Part shown: piece by piece, positions 18,866-28,733 of the stretch
How positions within the stretch are numbered: the stretch's first letter is position 1
Layout of the letters: each line of letters starts with the position of its first letter
Source: Candidatus Latescibacterota bacterium
GTDB taxonomy: Bacteria; Latescibacterota; UBA2968; GCA-2709665
Length of the DNA: 64,000 nucleotides
Direction: 5' to 3'
Assembly (NCBI GenBank): GCA_963667175.2
Contig: CAXXXF010000003.1
Span: 320,001-384,000 of the forward strand
Translations under genes and position numbers: made by a program
The notes under the pieces: model-generated
Seen by the model: the letters and a program-made list of their open reading frames with translations, nothing else
What the model was told of the DNA's origin: nothing
Databases searched by the model: none

Positions 18866-19753
18866 TCACGTCAGCGAATTCCACTCCGCGCCGAGCGCAT
18901 CGAACTGCCCGTAAAATGCCTCCAGCACCGGGTCCGCGAGCGGCCCCTTCGTCGTCAACTCCAGATTGTGCCGGGCATGGTCGGGGTTCGTCGTCCCCAC
19001 AATGGCCGTGTCGATGGCGTCCTGCGAGAGCGTGAAACGCAATGAAAGCTCGATGGGATCCTCCGGGGCGCCATCCGGGATCTCGAGTTGCTGCGCCCGC
19101 TCCCAGTAGGCATCCGCGTATCCGTACGGCGACGCCGACTGCCCGATCGCGCCGTTCGCGATCGGCCTCTTGGCAATCACGCCCATCTCGGCCGCATGCG
19201 CCTCCGGCAGCACGTCTGCGCGCCCCTTCTGATCCACCAGGTTGAACGACGTCTGCAGCGTGCTGAACACACCCATCCGGATCGCCTCCAGCGCGTCGTC
19301 ACCGTCGCCGCTGTACCCCACGTACCGCGTCTTGCCGGCTTCCTTCGCCCGGACCACCGCCTCGACGGCCTCGCCGGCCCTGAGTACGTCCGCCGAACAC
19401 GTATGCAGCTGGACGAGGTCGACGTAATCCGTCTTCAACCGCTGCAGAGACCGGTCGATGCTCTCCTCGATGACCTCCCTCGACCACGGTTCCCCGGTGG
19501 CATCCCCGGTCACTTGGCCGCACTTGGTTGCCAGTACGTATTCGTTCCGTCGCCCGCTGATGTACCGGCCGATCAATTCCTCGCTGTTGTGGTAGCTGGC
19601 CGCCGTGTCGACCAGCGTGACCCCGTCGTCCAGCAGCCGGTTGAGGAGATCTCCCACGCGATCGGGATCCACGTCCTCCAGCCCTATCCTCGCGCCGCCG
19701 AATCCCAGGCGGGTGACTTCCATGTCCGTCCTGCCAAGCCTGCGCGTTTCCAT
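18866..19753 (-). CDS. Aldo/keto reductase
   Basis: LGRTDMEVTRLGFG, DTAASY..SEELIG, LATK, SLQRLKTDYVDLVQLH. Confidence 0.93.
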   Translation of the reverse strand: METRRLGRTDMEVTRLGFGGARIGLEDVDPDRVGDLLNRLLDDGVTLVDTAASYHNSEELIGRYISGRRNEYVLATKCGQVTGDATGEPWSREVIEESIDRSLQRLKTDYVDLVQLHTCSADVLRAGEAVEAVVRAKEAGKTRYVGYSGDGDDALEAIRMGVFSTLQTSFNLVDQKGRADVLPEAHAAEMGVIAKRPIANGAIGQSASPYGYADAYWERAQQLEIPDGAPEDPIELSLRFTLSQDAIDTAIVGTTNPDHARHNLELTTKGPLADPVLEAFYGQFDALGAEWNSLT

Positions 19754-19859
19754 CGTGTAACCTCCATAAAAGCCGGGAGACCCAGGACGGAAGACGTAAG
19801 TGGACCGCACCGACCAATCCCGGTTTCGATTCGGGTTCTCTCTCTGGTTTCTTCTGTTT

Positions 19860-20180
19860 GGTTTTCGCTTTTGCCTGAAGCTGACTGCTGAACGCTGAGA
19901 GCTGACGGCTGATTTTGGGGAGACGTTAGACGGCCGCACCCTCCGACCCCCGGTTCCCCGATGTGTTGCATGCAAGGGTTCTGCTGTTTTGCTTTATGCT
20001 GATAGCCGAATGCTGACCGCTGCGCATTTTGATTGCTGATTGCTGGTTTGTCTTTCTTTGTGTCTTCGTGTCTTCGTGTGAGTTGATTGTCGCCCTTGCT
20101 CTGCGATGACTGCTGATCGCCGCTTGTTTTTCGATTTTGCTTCAAGCTGATAGCCGAATGCTGAACGCTGACAGCTTTTT
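19860..20180 (-). repeat. Extended cluster of heptamer/octamer composite repeats
   Basis: gctgact-gctgaac-gctgaga-gctgacg-gctgatt; ctttgtgt-cttcgtgt-cttcgtgt-gagttgatt; gctgata-gccgaat-gctgaac-gctgaca. Confidence 0.82.
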
Positions 20181-20247
20181 TCTTGACCGTGAAGATAAGG
20201 TCAGCAACAGGAAAGCGCAAGAGGTTACCCTGTAATCCCGTTTTGGG

Positions 20248-20276
20248 TTGACAGAAATGCCCGGCTGGTTTAGGTT
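20248..20276 (+). promoter_or_regulatory. Putative sigma70 promoter
   Basis: TTGACA-N17-TAGGTT upstream of the PhyH gene. Confidence 0.45.
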
Positions 20277-20396
20277 TGAATATTGCAACGCACGAAGCCT
20301 GAAGTCTCAACAAACCGCAGGAACGGCGGGCGATTCTGTTTGACCGGGGCGGCGTTGACGCAGCCTGTAGACCCGCTTCCGAAAAGGGGAAAACCC

Positions 20397-21263
20397 ATGG
20401 AACAGACCCGGGAACGGGTGGCCTTCGACAACTACGTCGACGACGGCGGCTACACCGCGGACCTTTACGAATATCACGAGATCGATGAAGGAATCGAAAG
20501 CCTCGACGCGGTCACCGATGCGGACGTGGATTTTTTCCACCGGAACGGCTACCTGGCCGTAAGGAACGCGTTCATGAGCGCCGAGGTCGACGACATGCAG
20601 AACGGGCTCATGGATCTCATCAAGGGGAAGAATCCGGAATTCAAGGGCGTGCAGTTCGAAGTCAGCTACAAGGACAGGCTGCACACGCTGACGGACGACG
20701 AACGGTGGGACGCCGTGCGGAAACTCCAGTACTTCATGGGCTACGACCGTCGTCTGACCCGTCTGGCCGAACACCCGAAAATCCTGGACGTCATGGCACG
20801 GATCATCGGCGAGGAACCGGCGCTCTATTCGCACCAGGCCATCCTCAAACCGCCTCTGGTTGGGCGCGAAAAACCATGGCACCAGGACCACGCCTACTTC
20901 AACCTTCCGATGGGGACGACCATCGTGAGCATGTGGATTTCCCTGGATGAAGCCACACCGGAAAACGGCTGCATGCGTGTGATACCGGGCACGCATCTGC
21001 AGGGTCCCAGGGTCCATTTCAAGCGCCGCGACTGGCAGATCTGCGACACGCACGTGGTCAGAGACCGCGTCGTGGCGGTGCCGCTGGAACCGGGCGGATG
21101 CCTCATCTGGTCGGGTATGATTCATCACGGCACGCCCGCCAACACGACGCCCCACCGGCGGCGGGCCCTGCAACTCCACTATTTTCCCGCGCGCGTGGAA
21201 GCGACCACGTCGCAGGAACGCCTGGCCGTGTTCGGCAGCGAGGGAAAAGACGTCACCTGCTGA
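20397..21263 (+). CDS. PhyH family dioxygenase
   Basis: KPP..GREKPWHQD, WISLDEATPENGCM..PGTH, HHGT..RRALQLHY. Confidence 0.93.
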   Translation: MEQTRERVAFDNYVDDGGYTADLYEYHEIDEGIESLDAVTDADVDFFHRNGYLAVRNAFMSAEVDDMQNGLMDLIKGKNPEFKGVQFEVSYKDRLHTLTDDERWDAVRKLQYFMGYDRRLTRLAEHPKILDVMARIIGEEPALYSHQAILKPPLVGREKPWHQDHAYFNLPMGTTIVSMWISLDEATPENGCMRVIPGTHLQGPRVHFKRRDWQICDTHVVRDRVVAVPLEPGGCLIWSGMIHHGTPANTTPHRRRALQLHYFPARVEATTSQERLAVFGSEGKDVTC

Positions 21264-21290
21264 TACCCGAACAGACCAGCAAACCACATT

Positions 21291-21328
21291 GAAAAAGCCC
21301 CGGTGAATTTCCCTCCGGGGCCTTTTTC
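21291..21328 (+). terminator. Intrinsic terminator-like hairpin
   Basis: gaaaaagccccgg..ccggggcctttttc. Confidence 0.6.
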
Positions 21329-21342
21329 GCCTTTGTCAAAAT

Positions 21343-22173
21343 ATGGACACCAAACTCCACGTCCTGATCCGAATCCTCCTCGGGGGCCTCGCGCTCTACG
21401 TCCTCTACGCCGCCGTCCTTTTCTTCGCGCAGCGCCGCTTCATCTTTCCGCGACACCTGGTCCGGACGCCGCCCACCGACCTGACGGTTGCGCCGGGTTT
21501 CGAACGCATCTGGTTGAACACGCGCGCTGGCCGAACGGAAGCCTGGCTGCTCCCGCCCAATACCGACGCGGGCCCCGCTCCGGCGGTCATCGTCGCCCAC
21601 GGCAACGCCGAACTCATCGACAACTGGGTCGACGAAACGACGGCGCTCAGACGTCTGGGATTCGCCGTCCTTCTCGTGGAATACCCCGGATACGGACGGT
21701 CCGAAGGGTCGCCGACGCAGTCCAGCGTCACCGAGGCCTTTGTGGCCGCGTACGATATGCTGGCGGCCCGGGACGATATAGACACGGGCCGGATCGTATT
21801 CCTGGGCCGTTCGCTCGGCGGGGGCGTGGTGTGCGCGCTTGCGGCCGAACGCCCGCCCGCCGCGCTGGTGCTGATTTCCACTTTCACGAGCATCAACGCC
21901 ATGGCTGCGGAGAGATTCTTCGTTCCCCCATTCCTCGCTCGCGACCCGTTCGACAATCTGAAGACACTGAGGAGCTACACCGGGCCCGCGCTCATCGCGC
22001 ACGGATCAAGAGATTCCCTGATCCCGTACAGCCAGGGCGTCGCGCTGCGCGAGGCGTCCGGGCGCGGGCGCCTCATCACCTACGAAGCGGGGCACAACAA
22101 CTGCCCGCCCGACTGGCCGGCCTTCTGGCTGGAGGTGGACCGCTTCCTTCGGGAAGAAGGCATTCTCCGGTAG
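21343..22173 (+). CDS. Alpha/beta hydrolase (ABHD12/Bem46-like, N-terminal membrane anchor)
   Basis: HGNAE, EYPGYGRS, GRSLGGG nucleophile elbow, HGSRD, GHN. Confidence 0.92.
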   Translation: MDTKLHVLIRILLGGLALYVLYAAVLFFAQRRFIFPRHLVRTPPTDLTVAPGFERIWLNTRAGRTEAWLLPPNTDAGPAPAVIVAHGNAELIDNWVDETTALRRLGFAVLLVEYPGYGRSEGSPTQSSVTEAFVAAYDMLAARDDIDTGRIVFLGRSLGGGVVCALAAERPPAALVLISTFTSINAMAAERFFVPPFLARDPFDNLKTLRSYTGPALIAHGSRDSLIPYSQGVALREASGRGRLITYEAGHNNCPPDWPAFWLEVDRFLREEGILR

Positions 22174-22204
22174 GTCGCCGCGCATTGCAACGGAGAATGC
22201 CCGC

Positions 22205-22981
22205 ATGCAGGCCATCGACTTCCACAACTCCTACGTCAGCTGGCGAACGGACTGGGAGGTCCTTCCGTCCAGAACCGCCTCGCACAGACCACCCTGGACG
22301 CTGAACGACGTCCGGGTCCCGATCGACAGCTGGTGCAGGCTGACGGAAAAAGCGTCGGGCGAATCGCGTGAATTCGTCCTGGGCGCCAACTGCAAGACCG
22401 AACGCGTGGGGGTGCCAAAGGATATCTGGACGAGCCCCAACGCGGATTTCGTGCCGGTCTTCACCAACGACCGGTTTCTGATTCTGAAGACCTACGACCG
22501 GGTGGGACGGCGGGTCAGCGCGTACCCGCCGTCGCTCGGCGATCAGCCGGAACGGCAGACCGGCCTGTCCGCGGAGACGTTCGTGTACGTGCGCATCGAT
22601 ATCGCAAGGAACGAGGGACAGGTGATGGGCAACGCCGACGACGTCATCCGGGCCGTATCGGACAACGGCCAACTCGTCGCCCGCACCGAATTCGCGGACG
22701 AGCGGTATGCAGCGACCATTGACTATCCCATCCGGACGATCAACACGAACGAGCGGGACGGATTCTTCCAGACGGATACCAGCCCACTTCTGTTCCCCGA
22801 CCTGAATTGGGATCCCGATGAGTTGATTGAGGGCATGGAACTCGCGTTCGCGGCCTTTAACTCACCGGACTGGATCGAGTTTCTCGTGAGGGTTCCGACC
22901 CCGCTGACCGGCGACGTCAGCGTCTATCACTACGCCAGGTCCGTCAGACTGGACTGCGTGAACACGGTGATACGGATATAA
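22205..22981 (+). CDS. Hypothetical protein
   Basis: 258-aa ORF with backbone-like codon usage and GGAG RBS; no motif recognised. Confidence 0.75.
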   Translation: MQAIDFHNSYVSWRTDWEVLPSRTASHRPPWTLNDVRVPIDSWCRLTEKASGESREFVLGANCKTERVGVPKDIWTSPNADFVPVFTNDRFLILKTYDRVGRRVSAYPPSLGDQPERQTGLSAETFVYVRIDIARNEGQVMGNADDVIRAVSDNGQLVARTEFADERYAATIDYPIRTINTNERDGFFQTDTSPLLFPDLNWDPDELIEGMELAFAAFNSPDWIEFLVRVPTPLTGDVSVYHYARSVRLDCVNTVIRI

Positions 22982-22984
22982 TCG

Positions 22985-23042
22985 TGCGAAAGACGTCTTC
23001 TGGAACAACGCGGCGGCGCTGTTCGACGTGACCGAGGATTGA
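22985..23042 (+). pseudogene. Possible C-terminal relic of an amidohydrolase
   Basis: AKDVFWNNAAALFDVTED* matches the typical IFxxNAxRLF terminus. Confidence 0.4.
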
Positions 23043-23279
23043 ACCTCCGACGGTCGAGTCGGGCGCACCAGGCGACTCTGATAGTGCGTCAGGCTTGGGC
23101 GGTCAGGAGAGACAACGGGTGGGGCGATTGTAGGGAAAATAGATCATCTATGCTGAGACCCACCACTAATTATGCAGATTTAGAATTAAATAAAGCCTGT
23201 TATGGACACATCCGGCTTTCTAGACCCGCTCTCCTGTGCAGGATACGACCGGATTGCATTGAGTTGACATGATCGATGT

Positions 23280-23575
23280 ACTTGGCTATACTTCCCACAG
23301 CGTTTTTCGCACCACCAACTGTGTCGAATCTCTCAAAGAGTTTATAGAACGACGGATTTGTAATCTGAGGCTATGGAATAACTTCAACCAGCAATATCAT
23401 GAGTCGGCAACAACACGTGCATACTTGAGCCCCAATTACGGAGGACCAAAGTCTTCCGCTGAGCTTTTTGCAAATCCACAGGCGCACGCAGGCTTCTCGA
23501 CTTCACAGGACATCCAACGCGCCTTTGACGCTGACCGAACGCGTCTGCTGTTTCAAACTCAGATGGAACCTGCCC
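23280..23575 (+). pseudogene. Decayed 3' end of an IS256-family element
   Basis: FRTTNCVESL..RRICNLRLWNN parallels FRTTNCIESL..RTRNVKRWNN of the intact copy; end tttcaaactcagatggaacctgccc resembles the IRR at 53011-53035. Confidence 0.8.
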
Positions 23576-23629
23576 TGAAGATTTCAACGTGCCAGTTATT
23601 TCCAATCCAGTGAGTTGAGGTAAGTCGTA

Positions 23630-24487
23630 GTGAATTCGGGAGAAGGCCCTGTCTGTGTTTCGGTGATCAATATGAAGGGTGGCGTAGGCAAAACCACAAT
23701 TGCGGCGATGCTGTGCTACTATGCGCCATCCAATCTTGATGTCCTCGCTATCGACCTCGATCCACAGGCCAACCTTTCTCAAGCACTAATGGGAGATACT
23801 CGATATAGGCAATTTCTGGACAACCAATCCCCGTCAATCGTCGAAATATTCCGAGGCTACCAACCTCCAAGCCAAGACACGGGATCGCCAGGATTGTTGG
23901 ACTCTGAAGGCGTTGTCGTAGACACGTCTCGATTAGGGGGTCCAAATGTACGAGTCATTCCTTCCAGATTTGATTTTTCCGACAATCTGATAAACTCGCT
24001 GAAGCCTGATGAAACTGTTCTCGCGCGGTGTATCGCAGAGCATTTTCAGGACAAAGACGTCATCATTATAGACTGTGCACCTACCGAGTCGATATTCACG
24101 AGAGCCGCATACCATGCATCTCGCCACGTTCTCGTTCCTGTCAAGCCCGAGTATTTCGCGACAATTGGGTTTCCTTTGCTGAACGACTCCCTCAGATCCT
24201 TCAGAGACAAAAACCGTGGACATCAGATAGATGTGATTGGTGTTGTCATCAACAACTCATCCTATCATTACAGTGGAAACCAAGGTGGTCCTGAAAGGCG
24301 GGTCGCCTTAGAAGAAATACACGAAGAGGCTGAACAAAGTGGCTGGCACGTATTCGAGAACGAGATTCCCCTTTCCCGTGGCTTTCCAAAAATGATGCGA
24401 GGGAATTTTTCTCGCCTTGGAGACGCCGGTCAATTCCGTTTTTTTGCGGAGGAGTTCTTTCAGGCGTTAGGGTTTGACCAGGATTGA
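23630..24487 (+). CDS. ParA/Soj-like ATPase (orphan, no ParB)
   Basis: MKGGVGKTT deviant Walker A, IDLDPQAN, IIIDCAP, LVPV. Confidence 0.92.
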   Translation: MNSGEGPVCVSVINMKGGVGKTTIAAMLCYYAPSNLDVLAIDLDPQANLSQALMGDTRYRQFLDNQSPSIVEIFRGYQPPSQDTGSPGLLDSEGVVVDTSRLGGPNVRVIPSRFDFSDNLINSLKPDETVLARCIAEHFQDKDVIIIDCAPTESIFTRAAYHASRHVLVPVKPEYFATIGFPLLNDSLRSFRDKNRGHQIDVIGVVINNSSYHYSGNQGGPERRVALEEIHEEAEQSGWHVFENEIPLSRGFPKMMRGNFSRLGDAGQFRFFAEEFFQALGFDQD

Positions 24488-24501
24488 GGAGGTCGGTTTC
24501 T

Positions 24502-25011
24502 ATGACCAAAGCTAATCTTAAGGAGGCGCTGCGCGGGTTGGTTCATCAGTTTGGATTCGAACAGGTTGGCAGGTCCTTGCGGGAAATTCGCTACTCTGAA
24601 CTAGATGAAAACCGTTCGAAACGAGCCGACGTGTTGAGTCGAACTGTTAGCGCGAAAAAGGCTGAAAAAAAGAAGCCAAAGGTAAGCGCACCGGAGTATG
24701 TCGAGAAGATGAAACTTGGCGCGGACAAGGAGCCAATAGTACTTGAACTTGCTACAAGATTTGAAGGCAAGGACTTCTTGCCAACATTTGGAGATATTGA
24801 TAATTTCTGCCGGTTCTATGGGATTGATACGCCCGTGTCCAGGTCTAGAGCGAGTGCCATTCCGAGAGTCTTCAAATACATAGCAACAATGGATACTGAA
24901 GAAGCCCGGAAGATTCTGGATTATGGGATGTTTTCGGGCCCCTCCCGGCTTGGTCCCATCTCGGATGCGATCAGGAACTACGGAAGTGCCCGTCGAGCCA
25001 CTCGGGTTTGA
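24502..25011 (+). CDS. Hypothetical protein in an operon with ParA
   Basis: GAGGAGG RBS; starts 14 nt after the ParA stop; no ParB GxxR motif. Confidence 0.8.
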   Translation: MTKANLKEALRGLVHQFGFEQVGRSLREIRYSELDENRSKRADVLSRTVSAKKAEKKKPKVSAPEYVEKMKLGADKEPIVLELATRFEGKDFLPTFGDIDNFCRFYGIDTPVSRSRASAIPRVFKYIATMDTEEARKILDYGMFSGPSRLGPISDAIRNYGSARRATRV

Positions 25012-25211
25012 TTTTCACAACCGTACATTTCCGCCATTCAATTTAGCGATCAGATATTTACCCATTTGCCGACTTCCGGGGTAATACGTGGCGGAACCGC
25101 GTCTTCCGTCGGTACGAGGTATGTTCGGTGTGTACGTCGCAGGAGCAATATTCGGATCGACCCTGTAATTGACCTTCATACTGGCGTTAAAGAACAGAGA
25201 ATACGCCAAAC

Positions 25212-25247
25212 ACAAAGAAGCCGAGGTTTTCACCTCGGCTTCTTTGT
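25212..25247. terminator. Perfect 16-bp stem hairpin between convergent units
   Basis: acaaagaagccgaggt-tttc-acctcggcttctttgt. Confidence 0.75.
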
Positions 25248-25396
25248 TATCGATTCTCTCTTGGTTCGGGCGGTGGTTGTGGCCTGGATGGCGGCTGTGG
25301 AGCTGTTTCAGGTCTTGGAGGGGGCGCTGGTCTTGGGTTATCGGGATTACGCGGTGGCCTAATCGCCCTTTCTTATCCGCCCCTTTTCCCCATCAT
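25247..25396 (-). pseudogene. Proline-rich micro-ORF coupled to the SLATT-like gene, with one in-frame TAA
   Basis: ATGA overlap; MMGKRGG*ERAIRPPRNPDNPRPAPPPRPETAPQPPSRPQPPPEPRENR*. Confidence 0.5.
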
Positions 25397-25908
25397 GCCT
25401 CCCGGATTGAATATTGGTCTACCAGCGAATCGTCCGCTTCTCGTTGGCTTTTCCTGTTTAATTTATCGTTCACTGATATATCTGCCCAACCTGGAATGCT
25501 CGTCGCCCTCTCACCGGCTTCAATAAGGTCCATCAGTACTTCGTAGGCCTCTTCATTATCGATGGCGTTGTTTTCAATCTTTGACCACAACGCTTTGTGT
25601 TTGTCCTGCAAATCGAAACACATCACGCTGACCGCGTGAAGACTGGCGGATTTTCTTGCATGATTCCCAAGTAAGCCGAATACACTGACGGCAATAATGC
25701 CCAAATCTACCACGACTTCAGCCAGCCTGCCAATATAGTCCGAAAACATAAAGCGACCAGCCCCGGCGATTGCGCACAGCGCAAGTCCAATCATGATGGC
25801 ATTGTGTCGCCTGCGATAAACCCGAGAAAGCTTATCGTAGTATCTGGCTGCCCTTTCCACGTCCAGATACTCGTTCCAGGCCATCCTTCGTGTCGTGTCA
25901 CTGACCAT
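25393..25908 (-). CDS. SLATT-like two-transmembrane protein
   Basis: RYYDKLSRVYRRRH, two hydrophobic helices, KSASLH and a helical C-terminus. Confidence 0.65.
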   Translation of the reverse strand: MVSDTTRRMAWNEYLDVERAARYYDKLSRVYRRRHNAIMIGLALCAIAGAGRFMFSDYIGRLAEVVVDLGIIAVSVFGLLGNHARKSASLHAVSVMCFDLQDKHKALWSKIENNAIDNEEAYEVLMDLIEAGERATSIPGWADISVNDKLNRKSQREADDSLVDQYSIREA

Positions 25909-26165
25909 CGAAGCTCTCCGTTTTCAACGACATCCCGTCACTACAGTGAAACACGGGCCTCATCCTCTCAGCCAAAGGTACCGGATCGACGGCGGCGAGT
26001 CAAGCCATTATCCTTAGATACCGACTCGGTACCGGAAGCTGTTCAATCCGGTAGGCAGATCAGCCGGTTGACTCAGATTTAACTCCGAGAGAAAGTCGCC
26101 CCAGTCTACATTTGCGCCGAGTACGCGCTATCGTTCCCCAAGTCTGAAACGCACCGACGCGCGAT

Positions 26166-26747
26166 TCATACTCCGCCCTGTTGGTCATTCAACAGTCGTA
26201 TTCGCTTTACGATTTCGTCGATGTCGGGCGAATATCCGTCTTCAGTGGAAACATGGATTGTCGGCAGGTCGAAATCGGGCGGCGTATAGTCCCCCGGAGG
26301 CGCGGTTTCGCCGGTTCGCCTGTAGATTTCAACGCGTTTGTCGCCGTGGTAGAACTCCCGGTCCGGATCGTCCAGGCCTCGCTCGAGGTGGCGCCTGGCA
26401 GCCACCATCCCATCGACGGTGCAGACCACGAAAACCGGCATACACAATTCGAGGATCCGGGGGATTCTCGGCGCCCAGACCCTGTGCTGAAACGCCGCCT
26501 CGATGACGACGGAGATCTTCGCGGCGAGGTACCGGTTCACGATGTCGAAGAACAGATCGGTGACCAGGCTGTTGGTATCCGCCGGAAGCCGATCGTGTTT
26601 CACGCCATAGGTGTTGACGTAACCTTCCTTGATCCCGTCGCGGCGGATCACCGGCATCCACAGCCGCCCGGCAAGTTTCCCGGATAACGTGGTTTTTCCC
26701 GATCCCGGCCGACCCGTGACGATGACGCAGGTGGGTTTACGGCTCAT
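26166..26747 (-). CDS. AAA_33-like P-loop kinase/ATPase
   Basis: VTGRPGSGKTT, RDGIKE, VVIEAAF. Confidence 0.85.
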   Translation of the reverse strand: MSRKPTCVIVTGRPGSGKTTLSGKLAGRLWMPVIRRDGIKEGYVNTYGVKHDRLPADTNSLVTDLFFDIVNRYLAAKISVVIEAAFQHRVWAPRIPRILELCMPVFVVCTVDGMVAARRHLERGLDDPDREFYHGDKRVEIYRRTGETAPPGDYTPPDFDLPTIHVSTEDGYSPDIDEIVKRIRLLNDQQGGV

Positions 26748-26786
26748 GTATCTACGGCTCGAAATAGGTTGAAGAACAGACCGCGT

Positions 26787-28469
26787 TCAATCCACCGGCA
26801 GTCCCACCCTCTTCCCCTCCTCCAGGTCCATTGTCACCGCACGGAATTGAAAGCCATATCGCTCGACCCCGTCACTTCCCGCGCCATCGCCCGTATCGAG
26901 CACCAGCACCGTCGCGCCTTTCAGGTCCGCGTCCGCGCGAACCTCGTACGTGCCGTTTTTCCGCCGTCCGAACCGCACCGTGCGCCGAGCGCGCTCCCAC
27001 GCGTCGATCTTGGCCGCCGTCCACCACGGCATCCCCCTGTCCCTGGTGTATCCGACGATTTCCCTGAGCCCGCCGCGAACGGCCGGCTCCCGGACGTGCG
27101 CGGGGTGAAACAGGAAGTGGGCGATGCCGTGGTGCTGAAAGGCCCGGTCCGCGAAACAATGCGCCAGGCGGGTGGAACATCGCTTGTGAATATCCTGTAC
27201 GGTCAGGTTCACCTCCAGGACGTCGATCGGCGGGCCGCCGGGCACATCGTCGTCAATCGGAAACCACGGGTGGCACCCCCCAAAGGGGAACCCGTTGGTA
27301 TAGGGCGTATTCGGCCCGCGGCTCTGCTCCAGGGTGATGCCCAGGCGTTCGCACCAGCGGAAGAACTCCAGCCGGCCCTGCCAGCGGAGCGTGTGGTTCT
27401 TGTTCGTCGTGACCGGCCGCCCCGACGCTTCCGTGACCGTTTTCAATTGTCCGGCCAACTCGTCAAATCCCCATCTCAGATGAGCGGTGTCCGGCTTCTG
27501 GTCGTCCGATGCCGTGTGCCAGGTCTGCGCGTCGTAGTGCAGGGCCACCTCGGAACCGTAGTCGTGGATCGCGCGGTAGAACGCCGGTTGATAGTGCCCG
27601 GCCATGATGCACCACGTCGTGTGGATGTCCGCCTCTTGCGTCAAGCGCAATAGAGACCAGCCCAGCGCTTCGTCTCCGCCGTCGGAGTCGTGGGACATGT
27701 GCGCGATCGCGGGCAGGTTGTCCGGCCAGTACCACAGGACGGGCAGGGATACGCCGACCTCCAGGCAGGCGTAGAGGACCGCCTTAATGATGAGCTCGCG
27801 AAACTCGTCCGCTATCGGCTCGAGGAAGACGAGGTTTTCCTCCTCGCCCGGCACGGGCGACCGGTCGCGGTCCAGGTCCAGCGCGAGTCCCTGGATCACG
27901 TCGATCCGCGTGGGACCCGACGCGGGGGATATCGGGCGCCCCTGCTGGATATGCACAACCGTGCGGATGACGTCGGGACCCACGGCGATTGCCAGACCCC
28001 TTCCGGGCCGATGCGCCACCACCCCGTCGCTGGCGCCCATTACCCTCGCCAACGCCGTCCCATCCACGGCTTTGATCCTGCGCCCGCCGAATCCGTGCAG
28101 ACTGCTGGCGAACCCCGCCGTTACCGGATGGTCGTTCTGCGTGACCTGCACGTATCCTTCCGCCATGTCTCCCCGGTCCGTCGCGCCGAACACGCTGTCC
28201 AGCCCCGACATGCCGCCCAGGCCGATCAGCGCGCCGCCCGATTCCACAAATCCTGAAAGCAGTGTCCGCTCCGACTTTGAAAGCGGCATATGCCAGGGAA
28301 GCAATACCACTCGATATCCATCCACAGCGGCCAGGGGACGTTCGATCTCGTCATAGGGTATGCCCGCGTGTGCGAGAATCTCCCGGATGTAATACCCGCC
28401 GTAATAATGCGAAGCGTCCGGCGCCGTCTGTCCATCCGGATCGGTCACCACGCACAACGGAAGGTTCAT
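26787..28469 (-). CDS. GATase-like + polysaccharide deacetylase-like two-domain protein
   Basis: N-terminal FVESGGALI; C-terminal SHDSD, EVALHY, NHTLRW, LFHP; start at ATG 28469 (the upstream extension runs into the MITE). Confidence 0.7.
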   Translation of the reverse strand: MNLPLCVVTDPDGQTAPDASHYYGGYYIREILAHAGIPYDEIERPLAAVDGYRVVLLPWHMPLSKSERTLLSGFVESGGALIGLGGMSGLDSVFGATDRGDMAEGYVQVTQNDHPVTAGFASSLHGFGGRRIKAVDGTALARVMGASDGVVAHRPGRGLAIAVGPDVIRTVVHIQQGRPISPASGPTRIDVIQGLALDLDRDRSPVPGEEENLVFLEPIADEFRELIIKAVLYACLEVGVSLPVLWYWPDNLPAIAHMSHDSDGGDEALGWSLLRLTQEADIHTTWCIMAGHYQPAFYRAIHDYGSEVALHYDAQTWHTASDDQKPDTAHLRWGFDELAGQLKTVTEASGRPVTTNKNHTLRWQGRLEFFRWCERLGITLEQSRGPNTPYTNGFPFGGCHPWFPIDDDVPGGPPIDVLEVNLTVQDIHKRCSTRLAHCFADRAFQHHGIAHFLFHPAHVREPAVRGGLREIVGYTRDRGMPWWTAAKIDAWERARRTVRFGRRKNGTYEVRADADLKGATVLVLDTGDGAGSDGVERYGFQFRAVTMDLEEGKRVGLPVD

Positions 28470-28487
28470 TGACAATCTCTTGGTTAG

Positions 28488-28642
28488 CAGCGCGTTGATA
28501 AAGTCAATCCGGTCTGCCTGCCTGTGCGTGTCCGCCTGCCTGCCGAGCACGTCTCGGCGCAGGCAGGCACGCAGACAGGCGCGTCTTGTCTTCGGCCACA
28601 ATGACTCGGCCTCGCCTGCAGAGCGACTTTTTCAACGGACTG
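28488..28642. mobile_element. MITE copy (155 bp), TTAG target duplication, nested palindromes
   Basis: Ends cagcgcgttgataaagtc / gactttttcaacggactg; TTAG at 28484-28487 and 28643-28646; 3' 57 bp shared with the 12935 copy. Confidence 0.88.
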
Positions 28643-28733
28643 TTAGTGACTGGGTCGCCGGAACTGTGTTTCACGGTGCCCCAGTGTGCTGGCGCAGGTT
28701 TTCAGGAATGGAAATCGTCAGCGTAACCTTCGT

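Noticed and set aside
19754-19975. N-terminal extension of the aldo/keto reductase and SSQRSAVS-type ORFs (3591-3908, 19684-20313)
   Set aside because: These are translations of the heptamer repeats; the AKR has a GGAGG RBS before ATG 19753
19860-20180. Possible CRISPR array
   Set aside because: Units are 7-8 bp tandem repeats without 25-40 bp repeats separated by unique spacers; no cas genes in the window
23630-25011. Plasmid or prophage partition locus
   Set aside because: No ParB motif, parS or iteron array, rep, integrase or phage structural genes nearby
28470-28601. N-terminal extension of ORF 26787-28601
   Set aside because: It is read-through of MITE and palindrome sequence; ATG 28469 is the likelier start
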